Below are positions 26,543-35,049 of a stretch of 61,191 nt of DNA, in pieces. The stretch is taken from positions 1-61,191 of the forward strand of contig CAYZDE010000001.1 of NCBI GenBank assembly GCA_964477205.1, given 5' to 3'. How positions within the stretch are numbered: the stretch's first letter is position 1; each line of letters begins with the position of its first letter. A program made the position numbers and the translations under genes. Source of the stretch: Candidatus Micrarchaeota archaeon (GTDB lineage: Archaea > Micrarchaeota > Micrarchaeia > Norongarragalinales > Norongarragalinaceae). Below the pieces are notes generated by a model, which saw only the letters and a list, made by a program, of their open reading frames with translations, did no database searches and was not told where the DNA came from.

Positions 26543-27574
26543 ATGAAGGAGTTAAGGTTTAGAATCTTAAAGCAGTTGAGCCGCGAACCAAACAAGGTTA
26601 TTTCAGTCAATGCTTTGAAAGAAAAAATGCGCGTGTCCTATGGCTCGGCCTATTATTCTAATGTACATGCTGAAGTAAAAAAATTAGTAAACGAAAGCAT
26701 ATTGGCGAAAAGTTCCGCGGGTATATGCTTAAACTTTAGCTCTTTTGAATTAACCGATTTATTAGCGGAAATAGAGTTAGAGAGAAAAAAAGCGTTTGCA
26801 AGAAAGACCAGCGAAGCCGGGATGTTATTGCTGGAAATGGAAAATTATTTTAAGAATGCGGTTAGGTTTGCCTTCCTTTTGGAAGCCGAAAAAAACTTGA
26901 AATTAAATCGTGTTGAACTAGTTTGTATAGTTAATAATGTGAAAGAAGTTAAGAAAAAAGTGAGGGAGCTAGTTGAAACCTTGCGACCGGCTCACAGTTT
27001 AAACTTGGATGTCTTGATTTTAACTGAATCGGAATTTTTGGACTTGGTTTTCGGGGCCGAGGATACTTATTTGAAAACTTTTCTAGAGAATAAGACGGTA
27101 ATCTTATCCCCTCAACTTTTTTGGATAACCCTGCGGGAGGAAATGAAAAAAAGGCAGTTTGTTGGCAGTGGGCGGGAGCCAATTAAGCTAACGGATGAAG
27201 TAATATCACTAAGCATGGCGGGGTTCGGGTACAAGGAGTTAGGGACGAGAAAGCAAGGCAGAAGGGCCCGCTTGGAAGACGTTATAACCAATATACTGCT
27301 GATTGGCAAGGCGAGACGAGTTGAAGCAATTCCAGCATTAATCGCAAAACGATTCAAAGCGCGAAGGAAAGTCTACTATGACTACTTGATCTTTTTGTGT
27401 CTTAGGCACAGTGAGAGTGCAAAATTGCTTGGATTACTCAAGATATTAAACAAGGAGAAACCGAATGAGGAAACCGCCGAAGCAATTCGAGAATTAGAAA
27501 AGTTTGGGTTGAAGACGAAAAAAATGGACGCAAAAGCCATAAAACAAAAAATGAGGCTTTACGATGCGTATTGA
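26543..27574 (+). CDS. hypothetical protein with an N-terminal winged-HTH (putative regulator/antitoxin-like partner)
   Basis: 343 aa. N-terminal FRILKQLSREPNKVISVNALKEKMRVSYGSAYYSNVHAEVKKLVNESIL resembles a wHTH. A central segment (VELVCIVNN...NLDVLILTESEF) is reminiscent of a degenerate nucleotidyltransferase fold. AT-rich, and overlaps the next ORF by 11 nt. Confidence 0.6.
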   Translation: MKELRFRILKQLSREPNKVISVNALKEKMRVSYGSAYYSNVHAEVKKLVNESILAKSSAGICLNFSSFELTDLLAEIELERKKAFARKTSEAGMLLLEMENYFKNAVRFAFLLEAEKNLKLNRVELVCIVNNVKEVKKKVRELVETLRPAHSLNLDVLILTESEFLDLVFGAEDTYLKTFLENKTVILSPQLFWITLREEMKKRQFVGSGREPIKLTDEVISLSMAGFGYKELGTRKQGRRARLEDVITNILLIGKARRVEAIPALIAKRFKARRKVYYDYLIFLCLRHSESAKLLGLLKILNKEKPNEETAEAIRELEKFGLKTKKMDAKAIKQKMRLYDAY

Positions 27575-28076
27575 TAATAGCGAATTAATTGACTTCTTAA
27601 GCGTAATAGACCGCGCTTTGACTTCTAAAATACGATTAACCGCTGTTGGTGGAACGGCTATGACGCTCTTAAAATTAAAGGAGTCAACCATTGACGTAGA
27701 TTTTGAATTAAGTAATGGCGACTATAAAATTTTTAAGCAAGCATTAAGGGAAACACCTCACGGCTTCAAGGTTGATCTTTTCGTTGACGGCTTGATTTTT
27801 TCTCAGCAATTACCCGAAGATTTCTTAGATAGCTCGATTGCAGTTAAAACCACTCTCAAAAACATACGGCTATTCGCGCTACACCCGTTAGACATAGTCG
27901 TAACCAAGATTGGAAGGCTAAATGATCGTGACATCCAAGACATTGATAGTTGCATTCACCAATTCGGCCTAGTAAAATCTGAAATTAAAGCAAGGGCAGC
28001 GAGTGTAGAATACACTGGAAACCGAGAGTTATACAAAAAAAATTTGGCTTTCGTGTTGAAGAAGTTTTGGAAGTAG
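27564..28076 (+). CDS. small nucleotidyltransferase-fold protein (AbiEii/DUF6036-like)
   Basis: RLTAVGGTAMTLLKLKESTIDVDF fits the GG(T/S)A...(S/T)xDxD NTase signature. 170 aa, AT-rich. Confidence 0.55.
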   Translation: MRIDNSELIDFLSVIDRALTSKIRLTAVGGTAMTLLKLKESTIDVDFELSNGDYKIFKQALRETPHGFKVDLFVDGLIFSQQLPEDFLDSSIAVKTTLKNIRLFALHPLDIVVTKIGRLNDRDIQDIDSCIHQFGLVKSEIKARAASVEYTGNRELYKKNLAFVLKKFWK

Positions 28077-28087
28077 TAATCGTGCGA

Positions 28088-29302
28088 TTAGATTAAAAGT
28101 TGCGGAGCGAAGAGCAATAGTGCGCCGATTACGAGGAGGAGGAGTCCGCCGATTATGTGCGAGGCCTTCACGTACTTTTCGTTCGCACTCATCGCGTTCA
28201 TTGAGAATACGGCGAGTCCGAATATTACCAAGTCATCGAGCATGAATGCGAGGTCGTACAATGCGATGTACCCGTAATACTCCCAGAATGAGAGTTCGGC
28301 GAGCGCGAGTATTTGCGTGAATATGGCGGGTAGGGCCGCCGAACAAACGAATTCAATCGAGTTCACTACGAAAGCGAGAACTATGATGCCGGCAATCGTG
28401 CCCCAAGTGATCGGGGAGTGCACGAGCTCGTCAACGCGGTCCATGGTCTTCTTTTTTTCCTCGGCATCGGTTACCTTGCAAGTGAGCGCTTTGTTGCGCG
28501 ATTCCAAGTACTCTTTCACGTGGAGTATGCCCGCGCCGAGGGCCACCAAGCCGATGATGACGCTCACGGCGCGCGTGTAACCCATGAACATGAACGCGTT
28601 AAGCCAAGCAGTCATGAATAAGAAGTAAAGGATTCCCGAGGCGGCCACGAAAGAGCCGACGATTAGCAAAACGCGCTTCTTGTCCTGCACGCCCGCCAGC
28701 ATTGCAATCAAGTAGACGAGCACCCACATGGCACACGGGTTGAACCCGTCCACGAGGCCCATTACTATTGCCAGCGTGGGCAAGGACATGAAATTTAAGT
28801 TTGTTTCTCCTAGGAAGGGCACCTCGATTACGAAGTCTTCTTCTTTTTCTTGCATTGCAGAACAAGTTTGCCCGGTTAGCGGGTCAATACAGTCATTAAT
28901 AGAGCAATCCTTGACCGCGTCTTCTATTTCCTCACCTATTTCCTGTGAGTAACCAACGAAGAATTCTTCGCCGACCAGCGTAGTAGGGACGCCGCCCTGC
29001 AAGCCCAAGTTCGAGCAAAGCCCTAAGAATAATTCGTTCCCTTCAAGCGTGGTCACGTCATGGTAAATTATGGTGACTTCATAACGCGCTTCGAGTAAAG
29101 GGTTCAAGTTCTCGATTTGCTCGTGGCAATGCGGGCAGTTCGGGGAATAGAAAAAGTGAATGAACGATTCGCCTTCAATTGCCTGCGACGGCTGGTAAAC
29201 AGGTATCGCAATTGCTAGGAAACCTAGAATTAACAGGCAAACGAGTAAGACTTTGTTGAAGTCGTCGGACAGGAATCCTTCGACCATGGATACTACTCCC
29301 AT
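28088..29302 (-). CDS. thioredoxin-like domain fused to a DsbD/CcdA-like transmembrane thiol-disulfide transporter
   Basis: N-terminal anchor, then a CxxC thioredoxin-fold domain (YSPNCPHCHEQ), then a polytopic domain with LVDGFNPCAMWVLVYL. Confidence 0.65.
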   Translation of the reverse strand: MGVVSMVEGFLSDDFNKVLLVCLLILGFLAIAIPVYQPSQAIEGESFIHFFYSPNCPHCHEQIENLNPLLEARYEVTIIYHDVTTLEGNELFLGLCSNLGLQGGVPTTLVGEEFFVGYSQEIGEEIEDAVKDCSINDCIDPLTGQTCSAMQEKEEDFVIEVPFLGETNLNFMSLPTLAIVMGLVDGFNPCAMWVLVYLIAMLAGVQDKKRVLLIVGSFVAASGILYFLFMTAWLNAFMFMGYTRAVSVIIGLVALGAGILHVKEYLESRNKALTCKVTDAEEKKKTMDRVDELVHSPITWGTIAGIIVLAFVVNSIEFVCSAALPAIFTQILALAELSFWEYYGYIALYDLAFMLDDLVIFGLAVFSMNAMSANEKYVKASHIIGGLLLLVIGALLLFAPQLLI

Positions 29303-29332
29303 GAATGAAAATTATTTGCGCGAGTAAAGCAT

Positions 29333-30256
29333 TTAATCCCTTTGCTTTAATGCCTTTAATCCTGCACGCGTTATCGCTTGCGCGTTCAAGCCGTACTTCC
29401 TAAACAATTCCGCGGGCTCGCCCGATTCCCCGAATGAGTCGTTAACGCCGACCCGCTTCACCACACAAGGAGACTCGCTCGAGACGAATTCGCTCACCGC
29501 CGAGCCCAAGCCGCCGAGCACACTATGCTCTTCCGCGGTTACGAACGCGCCCGTCTCCGCGGCGGCTTTCTTCAAGGCTCGCGAGTCCAACGGCTTAATC
29601 GAGCTTGCATTCAACACGCGCACGCTCGCACCCGCCTTACGCGCCAACCCGTCAGCCGCCTTTAATGCTTCATTAACCATCAAGCCGCAAGCGACTATCG
29701 TCAAGTCCGAGCCGTTGCGCATTAATCGCCACTTCCCGAACTCGAACTTGCACTCGTCTAGGAGCACAGGGCTCGCGATTCGCGGGAGGCGCGCGTACAC
29801 GGGTCCTTCGTAATCCGCCATAGCGTAAACCATTGCACTCGTTTCCGTGGCATCGCAAGGCGCGAGCACCCGCAAATTGGGAATTACACGCGTTACCGCC
29901 AAGTCCTCGAGCGCTTGGTGCGTTGCCCCGTCCTTACCTACGCTCAAGCCCGCGTGCGTGGCGACGACTTTCACGTTCAATTTCGCGTAACAAATCGCGT
30001 TACGCAGTTGCTCCCAAGCCCGGCCGGTAGCGAATATGGCGAAGGTGCTTGCAAAGGGTATCTTCCCGGCTGCCGCCAAGCCCGCGGCGGTGCCGAGCAT
30101 GTCCTGTTCTGCGATTCCCGCATTAAAGAATCGGCTTGGGAATCGCTTGGCGAACAAATTGGTTTTAGTGGACGAGGATAAGTCCGCGTCGAGCGCGACC
30201 ACGCGCTTATTCGACTCTCCGAGCTCAACCAGCGCCTCGCCGTAAGCTTCGCGCAT
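29333..30256 (-). CDS. transketolase, C-terminal subunit (pyrimidine-binding and C-terminal domains)
   Basis: MREAYGEALVELG..., FNAGIAEQDM, GATHQALEDL. The start is taken at the ATG just after the stop of the upstream subunit. The ORF-track start at 30313 overlaps that gene. Confidence 0.9.
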   Translation of the reverse strand: MREAYGEALVELGESNKRVVALDADLSSSTKTNLFAKRFPSRFFNAGIAEQDMLGTAAGLAAAGKIPFASTFAIFATGRAWEQLRNAICYAKLNVKVVATHAGLSVGKDGATHQALEDLAVTRVIPNLRVLAPCDATETSAMVYAMADYEGPVYARLPRIASPVLLDECKFEFGKWRLMRNGSDLTIVACGLMVNEALKAADGLARKAGASVRVLNASSIKPLDSRALKKAAAETGAFVTAEEHSVLGGLGSAVSEFVSSESPCVVKRVGVNDSFGESGEPAELFRKYGLNAQAITRAGLKALKQRD

Positions 30257-30261
30257 TGCCT

Positions 30262-31086
30262 TCACTTTACCAGCTCCTTGAATGCAATTGCGCACTGCTC
30301 TTTGCTCGCGCACTTGCCGTGGAATTCAACTTTGTTTTCCATGAACGATACGCCCTTACCCTTAACAGTATGTGCGATTATCGCGGTAGGCTTGCCTTTG
30401 GTTTTGCGCGCTTCCTCGAGCGCCGCTAGTATACTCTTGAAGTCGTGGCCGTTGATTTTAATTACGTGCCATCCGAATGCCTTGAACTTTTTTGCGAGCG
30501 GGTTAACGTGCATTACTTTTGCAACCGGCCCGTCTATTTGCAATCCGTTCTGGTCAACGATTGCGACTAGGTTGTCGAGCTTGTAGTGTGCGGCGAGCAT
30601 CGCCGCTTCCCAAACCTCCCCTTCCTCGCATTCGCCGTCTCCTAGTATTGAGTAAACGCGCCAGTCCGCCTTGTCGAGTTTGCCGGCGAGGGCCATTCCG
30701 TTAGCCATTGCCAGGCCTTGGCCCAGCGACCCGGTTGACACTTCAACGCCGGGCGTGTCCAATCGAGAGGGGTGGCCTTGGAGCTTAGAGTCGATTTTGC
30801 GAAGGGTTTTCAGCCAAGACTTCGGGAAGAATTCTTTTTCCGCGAGTATCGCGTACAATGCCGGAGCGGCGTGCCCCTTGCTTAAAACAAAGCGGTCGCG
30901 GTCCTTCCAATTCGGCTTTTTTGCCTTGTAATTCAATTCGGTTTCGTACAAGGCTACCAGCAAGTCGGTTGCTGAAAGCGAGCCGCCCGGGTGCCCGGAT
31001 TCGGCGCGCGTGGTCATTTCGAGTATGCTTCTTCGCACGCGCCTCGCGGTTTCCCGTAACGATTCAATACTCTTCGAGTGCTGCAT
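30262..31086 (-). CDS. transketolase, N-terminal subunit (TPP-binding)
   Basis: GHPGGSLS, SKGHAAPALY, GSLGQGL, ILGDGECEEGEVWEA. Confidence 0.92.
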   Translation of the reverse strand: MQHSKSIESLRETARRVRRSILEMTTRAESGHPGGSLSATDLLVALYETELNYKAKKPNWKDRDRFVLSKGHAAPALYAILAEKEFFPKSWLKTLRKIDSKLQGHPSRLDTPGVEVSTGSLGQGLAMANGMALAGKLDKADWRVYSILGDGECEEGEVWEAAMLAAHYKLDNLVAIVDQNGLQIDGPVAKVMHVNPLAKKFKAFGWHVIKINGHDFKSILAALEEARKTKGKPTAIIAHTVKGKGVSFMENKVEFHGKCASKEQCAIAFKELVK

Positions 31087-31324
31087 TAATGGAGTGAAGT
31101 AGCGCGCTCTTTAAAATCTTGCGCGTTCCGCAGGGTTTAAGCGTTTTTCGGCATGTAATATTAGCTTAATGCCCCCGACCATGCTATTAATGGGAACCGC
31201 TCTAGCAATGGCTTTATTCGACGCGAATGGCGCGGTGTTATTGTTCTTGTTCAGTGCCTTCGCCCACGTTGCGCTTGAGTTCTAACTCGAATGCATTATT
31301 AATTCGCTTTTCATTCCTTTTTTC

Positions 31325-32281
31325 ATGGCACTAGGCGATTCAATGAAGGGCGAATTACTCGACTTCCCTAAACAATTCACGAAAGGGCTTGAAATCGCAA
31401 AAGGCGTTTTCGTTAGGAATGTTGACTCGTGCGTTTTACTAGGCATGGGTGGGAGTGCATTGCACGGGGATTTGCTCAATGCTTGGAAAAACATTGGAAT
31501 GAAAACTCACCGTGACTACGGCGCTCCGGAACTGGATTCGCGTACCCTTGCTTTTGCCTGCTCGTACTCGGGCAACACCGAGGAGTCGCTCTCGGCTTTC
31601 CACGCGGCAATTGACGCCGGAGCAAAGGTCGTAGTGATGACGCACGGCGGGAAATTGAAGGAAGAGGCAATTGAATTAGGGCTGCCTTTAGTCCTGATTC
31701 CGGATTGCGTGCAGCCGCGTTGCGCCATCGGCTACTTCTTTTCCGCTACCGCTGCTGTTCTCGAAGCGAGCGGGCTGCTGCAGGGCGCGGACGAATTGCG
31801 TTCGCTTGAAGTGACTGCGGACGAGGAATCCGCGAAGGAAATGGCCGCGAAATTAAAGGGCAGCGTTCCGATTATTTACTCGTCGAACGCTTGGCAGCCA
31901 ATCGCCCGAATTTGCAAGATTAAGTTCAATGAGAACTCGAAGGTTCCCGCGTTTTACAATACTTTTCCCGAGGTCAACCACAATGAAATGGTCGGCTTCA
32001 CCCGCCCGCTGGCCGATTACACCGCCATCTTCCTGCGCGACGAAGCGGATAACGAGCGCGTGAAAAAGCGAATGAGTGTTACCCGAGAATTGTATGAGTC
32101 AAAGGGATTGCAATGCATCGATTACGACTTGCGCGGCGCCTCGTTCCTAGAGAAAGCGTTCTCGACCATACTTCAATTCGATTGGGTTTCATTCCACCTT
32201 GCTTTGGCTTACGGGATCGACCCGGCCCCGGTTGAAATGGTCGAAGAATTCAAGAAGAAGATTGAGCAGTCCGTGTTCTGA
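31325..32281 (+). CDS. bifunctional phosphoglucose/phosphomannose isomerase (SIS domain)
   Basis: GMGGSAL, SYSGNTEE, and a C-terminal region typical of archaeal PGI/PMI. 318 aa. Confidence 0.85.
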   Translation: MALGDSMKGELLDFPKQFTKGLEIAKGVFVRNVDSCVLLGMGGSALHGDLLNAWKNIGMKTHRDYGAPELDSRTLAFACSYSGNTEESLSAFHAAIDAGAKVVVMTHGGKLKEEAIELGLPLVLIPDCVQPRCAIGYFFSATAAVLEASGLLQGADELRSLEVTADEESAKEMAAKLKGSVPIIYSSNAWQPIARICKIKFNENSKVPAFYNTFPEVNHNEMVGFTRPLADYTAIFLRDEADNERVKKRMSVTRELYESKGLQCIDYDLRGASFLEKAFSTILQFDWVSFHLALAYGIDPAPVEMVEEFKKKIEQSVF

Positions 32282-32945
32282 CTGCAACTCTCGTGGACTG
32301 CGAAACTAAGCAAACTTTCGGGGTTTGCGATGCCCGCAACGCAAGCAGGCGTTGCCGGGGATGCGGGCTCGCAAGTCCGCTCGATTTAATTTGGTAGGCG
32401 AACGGCTTCAACTTTTTGTTCTTCAATAAATCGCGCTTTCCGCCCAGTAAGAATTTGCACGCATTGTGCTTGTTCGAAGCGCACTCGATTTCAATGCAAT
32501 CCATCTTCCTTCGGTAAACGTACCCAGCCGCTCCGGCGAGGAACCCGCGCAAGTAATCGCAAGTCGGCTTCTTCGCGCCTCGCCTCTTGAACGGCGACGC
32601 CTTCACTACGACCTCGCCGTTAACGCCCGCATTGACCACGCTAATGCTTCCCCAGCCCGCTCCGGAGGCCATCTTTGCCATGTAATGCACGAGCTCCTCT
32701 CCTTTCTTTTTAGAGTATTTGTAGTGCGCTTTGGTAGCGCGGCTGCCTGCGCCTTTTGCTATTTCATAAATTGCTCGGGCGCCTTCATCCTGGCCGAACT
32801 TCTCGCGTACTTTTTCTTCAAGTTCGCGGAGCGTGTCGATATCAACGAAGAGAACTCGCAATCCGGTAACTCGAATGCGCCCGTTCGTGAAGGAAATCAA
32901 TCCCTTCTGCGCTAGCTTGGCGTAGTGAAAAAAGCCCCAAACCAA
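32250..32945 (-). CDS. V4R-domain protein with a repeat-encoded C-terminal tail
   Basis: V4R-like core (GAGWG...CDYLRGFLAGAAGYV...IECAS..HNACKF). The last ~45 codons (SSGLASPHPRQRLLALRASQ...) are encoded by the hairpin repeat at 32292-32387 and overlap the pgi 3' end. TTG start. Confidence 0.6.
   Translation of the reverse strand: MVWGFFHYAKLAQKGLISFTNGRIRVTGLRVLFVDIDTLRELEEKVREKFGQDEGARAIYEIAKGAGSRATKAHYKYSKKKGEELVHYMAKMASGAGWGSISVVNAGVNGEVVVKASPFKRRGAKKPTCDYLRGFLAGAAGYVYRRKMDCIEIECASNKHNACKFLLGGKRDLLKNKKLKPFAYQIKSSGLASPHPRQRLLALRASQTPKVCLVSQSTRVAVRTRTAQSSS
32292..32387. repeat. complete copy of a composite hairpin element (outer stem X/Y enclosing two hairpins)
   Basis: An outer stem GGACTGCGA ... 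CTCGCAAGTCC encloses GCAAAC-tttcggg-GTTTGC and GCCCGCAACGC-aagcag-GCGTTGC..GCGGGC. The parts recur at 9341-9382 and, inverted, at 9677-9732. Confidence 0.75.
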
Positions 32946-32947
32946 TT

Positions 32948-33088
32948 TCAGCGCCTCTTCTTCAAAGCGTACTTTTTAGTGAATAATTCCATTGACTTTT
33001 CGAGCAAGTCCTTGAGCGAGCCGCGCTTCCACCTTCCGTACTCGCATTCGTAAGCGTCCCGCGCTTTCAAGAACACTTCGTCTTCCAT
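32948..33088 (-). CDS. possible 46-aa small protein upstream of the V4R gene
   Basis: MEDEVFLKARDAYECEYGRWKRGSLKDLLEKSMELFTKKYALKKRR. ATG start, and the TGA stop lies 2 nt before the V4R TTG start. Below the ORF-track size cutoff. Confidence 0.3.
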   Translation of the reverse strand: MEDEVFLKARDAYECEYGRWKRGSLKDLLEKSMELFTKKYALKKRR

Positions 33089-33208
33089 GGTAGTGCAAAA
33101 TTTCATTTTTTTAGCCTCTTCAACAACCGCAAGATTCTGCAGGATATATAGCTATCTATACTGTTTTGTCGCGGGAGAGTTAATGTTGCCTCCACGATTG
33201 ACCTTGTA

Positions 33209-34048
33209 TTGGTGGGGCTATTGAATTTGAGTTTAGGCATGATGGTTGACGGGAACTCGCGTTTTGCGTTCGTGGAATCCCTTATGCAACTCGGCTTGGC
33301 TCCGGCTGACTTGTCGGACGCCGGAAACCGCGAGGCAATCATGCCCGTTTACTTGAAGCAATTAAAGCAAGTTTACGTTCGCAACGCGCGTTGGTGCATT
33401 GAATTAGGCGAGTCATTGTTGTCCCGGGTGGAGAACTCGGATTACGTTGTATTTGTTTACAATGTAGCTAACCGGGCGCGCGGCCATTTCTTAAGCATTG
33501 ACAACGCGATTTGTGAGGTTGGCGCTGAGCTAGTTGACCGGCTCGGGCAATTCGGTTCGGTGTGCCTTCTCGGGCCTGAAAAGGAAAAGCAACAGTGGAT
33601 GAGTATGTTTCCTAATTTGCAAAACGTATCGGATTCGCGTGATGGCAACCGTTCGGTAATTATTACCGGCTACCAGCAAGGAGTCGGCGAGGACGAGCGA
33701 ACGCGATTCATGCGCCCACTCGATTACTTCATCCGCAGCACGCAAATGCGCTTCTCAGGAATGTACTTGCCTGCATTGTCTAATGCACAGCTCGTAGTGT
33801 TGAGCCACGTGCCTTATTTTTATCAGCCTGAATCCGTGGTCAATGCCCTCCTAGAGGAGGTGGCGCTGGATGAAGAGCACGACGAGTTAAACGTTTATTC
33901 GCAGGGAGTTTACGATGCGTGGGTTGACCACTACTCGCAAACGCCTTCACTCTTCTTGTCGAGTAATGCGCGGCCGCCGCGCGTCAAGGAATTTATTGAA
34001 CCTAACGGGAATGCAATCGAAGCCGTAAGAGCGTTAACGAGTGTGTAG
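33209..34048 (+). CDS. hypothetical protein
   Basis: 279-aa ORF with ordinary composition and a TATA-like gatatatagc upstream. An alternative ATG is at 33239. No motif recognised. Confidence 0.55.
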   Translation: MVGLLNLSLGMMVDGNSRFAFVESLMQLGLAPADLSDAGNREAIMPVYLKQLKQVYVRNARWCIELGESLLSRVENSDYVVFVYNVANRARGHFLSIDNAICEVGAELVDRLGQFGSVCLLGPEKEKQQWMSMFPNLQNVSDSRDGNRSVIITGYQQGVGEDERTRFMRPLDYFIRSTQMRFSGMYLPALSNAQLVVLSHVPYFYQPESVVNALLEEVALDEEHDELNVYSQGVYDAWVDHYSQTPSLFLSSNARPPRVKEFIEPNGNAIEAVRALTSV

Positions 34049-34122
34049 TCTGTTTCCAGTAAGCAACTACTCAAGCCCCTCCAAAACACTTTTTCGGCTC
34101 GGCATTTATCCTGGAGCGGTTC

Positions 34123-34422
34123 TTAACCAAGAGCGGAGTCAATTTTCGGCTTGTCGAACCCGACGATTATCGTGCCGTTGATATCCAACACGGGCACGCC
34201 CATTTGCCCGCTCTTCTCAATCATTTCCTTAGCGCGCTCCTTGTCAATTGAAACATCTACGTACTCGTATTCTACTTTCTTCTCGTCCAAGTATTTCTTG
34301 GCGAGTACACAGTAAGGGCACGCCACGGTTCCATAAACTATTATTTTGCTCATTTTATTCGCCTCCTTAATCATTCTACTTAATTTTCTTTCACGAATTT
34401 CCTTTAACTCTTTATCGATCAT
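34123..34422 (-). CDS. glutaredoxin/NrdH-like protein
   Basis: IVYGTVACPYCVLAKKYLDEKKVEYEYVDV...GVPVLDINGTIIVGF. Confidence 0.85.
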   Translation of the reverse strand: MIDKELKEIRERKLSRMIKEANKMSKIIVYGTVACPYCVLAKKYLDEKKVEYEYVDVSIDKERAKEMIEKSGQMGVPVLDINGTIIVGFDKPKIDSALG

Positions 34423-34712
34423 TCTTCCTCGCCTGCTGCAACGAGCACGGCTTTCTCAAGCGTCGGCTCGTTAATGGCGTCCAATAAGAATTCGTTCGCC
34501 GGCCCCTTCACTACGACAGTCGGAACCGTGCTTATCCCGTATCCCCGTGCCTTCTCGGCGCCTATTGGCGTCGAAGCATCGTATTTAACGACGGCGAGTA
34601 TTCCCGGCCGCTTGCCTTCGAAGTAATCGAGGAACGCCTGCACTTTTTTCTTTGCCGGCTGGCAATGCGGGCAAGTAGGAGTAGTAAACAATTCAATAAT
34701 TACTTTTACCAT
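34419..34712 (-). CDS. thioredoxin-fold (glutaredoxin-like) protein
   Basis: CPHC active site (FTTPTCPHCQPAKK), cis-Pro region TVPTVVV. 4-nt overlaps with both neighbours. Confidence 0.8.
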   Translation of the reverse strand: MVKVIIELFTTPTCPHCQPAKKKVQAFLDYFEGKRPGILAVVKYDASTPIGAEKARGYGISTVPTVVVKGPANEFLLDAINEPTLEKAVLVAAGEEE

Positions 34713-35047
34713 TCTTCAACCTCTTTCTCGACCGCGCGCGCCCAAGCGTGAACGGTTTTTATTATTCCTTTCTTAACTTCTTTTTTCTCTATGGTCTTGT
34801 AGACGAACACGAAGCCCCCTTCGTCGCGGTTGAATTGCCTGCGCTCCACGTAACCGCGCTTTAACAGTTTTCCGAGCGTCTTCTGCACGGTCGTCCGGTC
34901 CAAACGCATTTTCTTGGCGAGGGCGGACACGGTGAACCACTCCTTCTCCTTTAAGGCGAGCTCGAACACCTTGTACTCTCCGCGCGTAAGCCCGAGGCTG
35001 CACTTCACGACTTCCTCCAAGTCAACACTCTTACAAGCGAAATCCAT
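34706..35047 (-). CDS. winged-HTH transcriptional regulator (TrmB/MarR-like)
   Basis: LTRGEYKVFELALKEKEWFTVSALAKKMRLDRTTVQKTLGKLLKRGYVER. First gene of the regulator-Trx-Grx operon. Confidence 0.7.
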   Translation of the reverse strand: MDFACKSVDLEEVVKCSLGLTRGEYKVFELALKEKEWFTVSALAKKMRLDRTTVQKTLGKLLKRGYVERRQFNRDEGGFVFVYKTIEKKEVKKGIIKTVHAWARAVEKEVEEW

Positions 35048-35049
35048 GC

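Noticed and set aside
30257-30313. N-terminal extension of the transketolase C-terminal subunit ORF.
   Set aside because: It overlaps the end of the N-terminal subunit gene. The homologous sequence begins at MREAYGEAL.
31169-31285. 38-aa hydrophobic ORF (MPPTMLLMGTALAMALFDANGAVLLFLFSAFAHVALEF) in the tkt/pgi divergent intergenic region.
   Set aside because: It is too short and featureless to support, and the region must also hold two divergent promoters.
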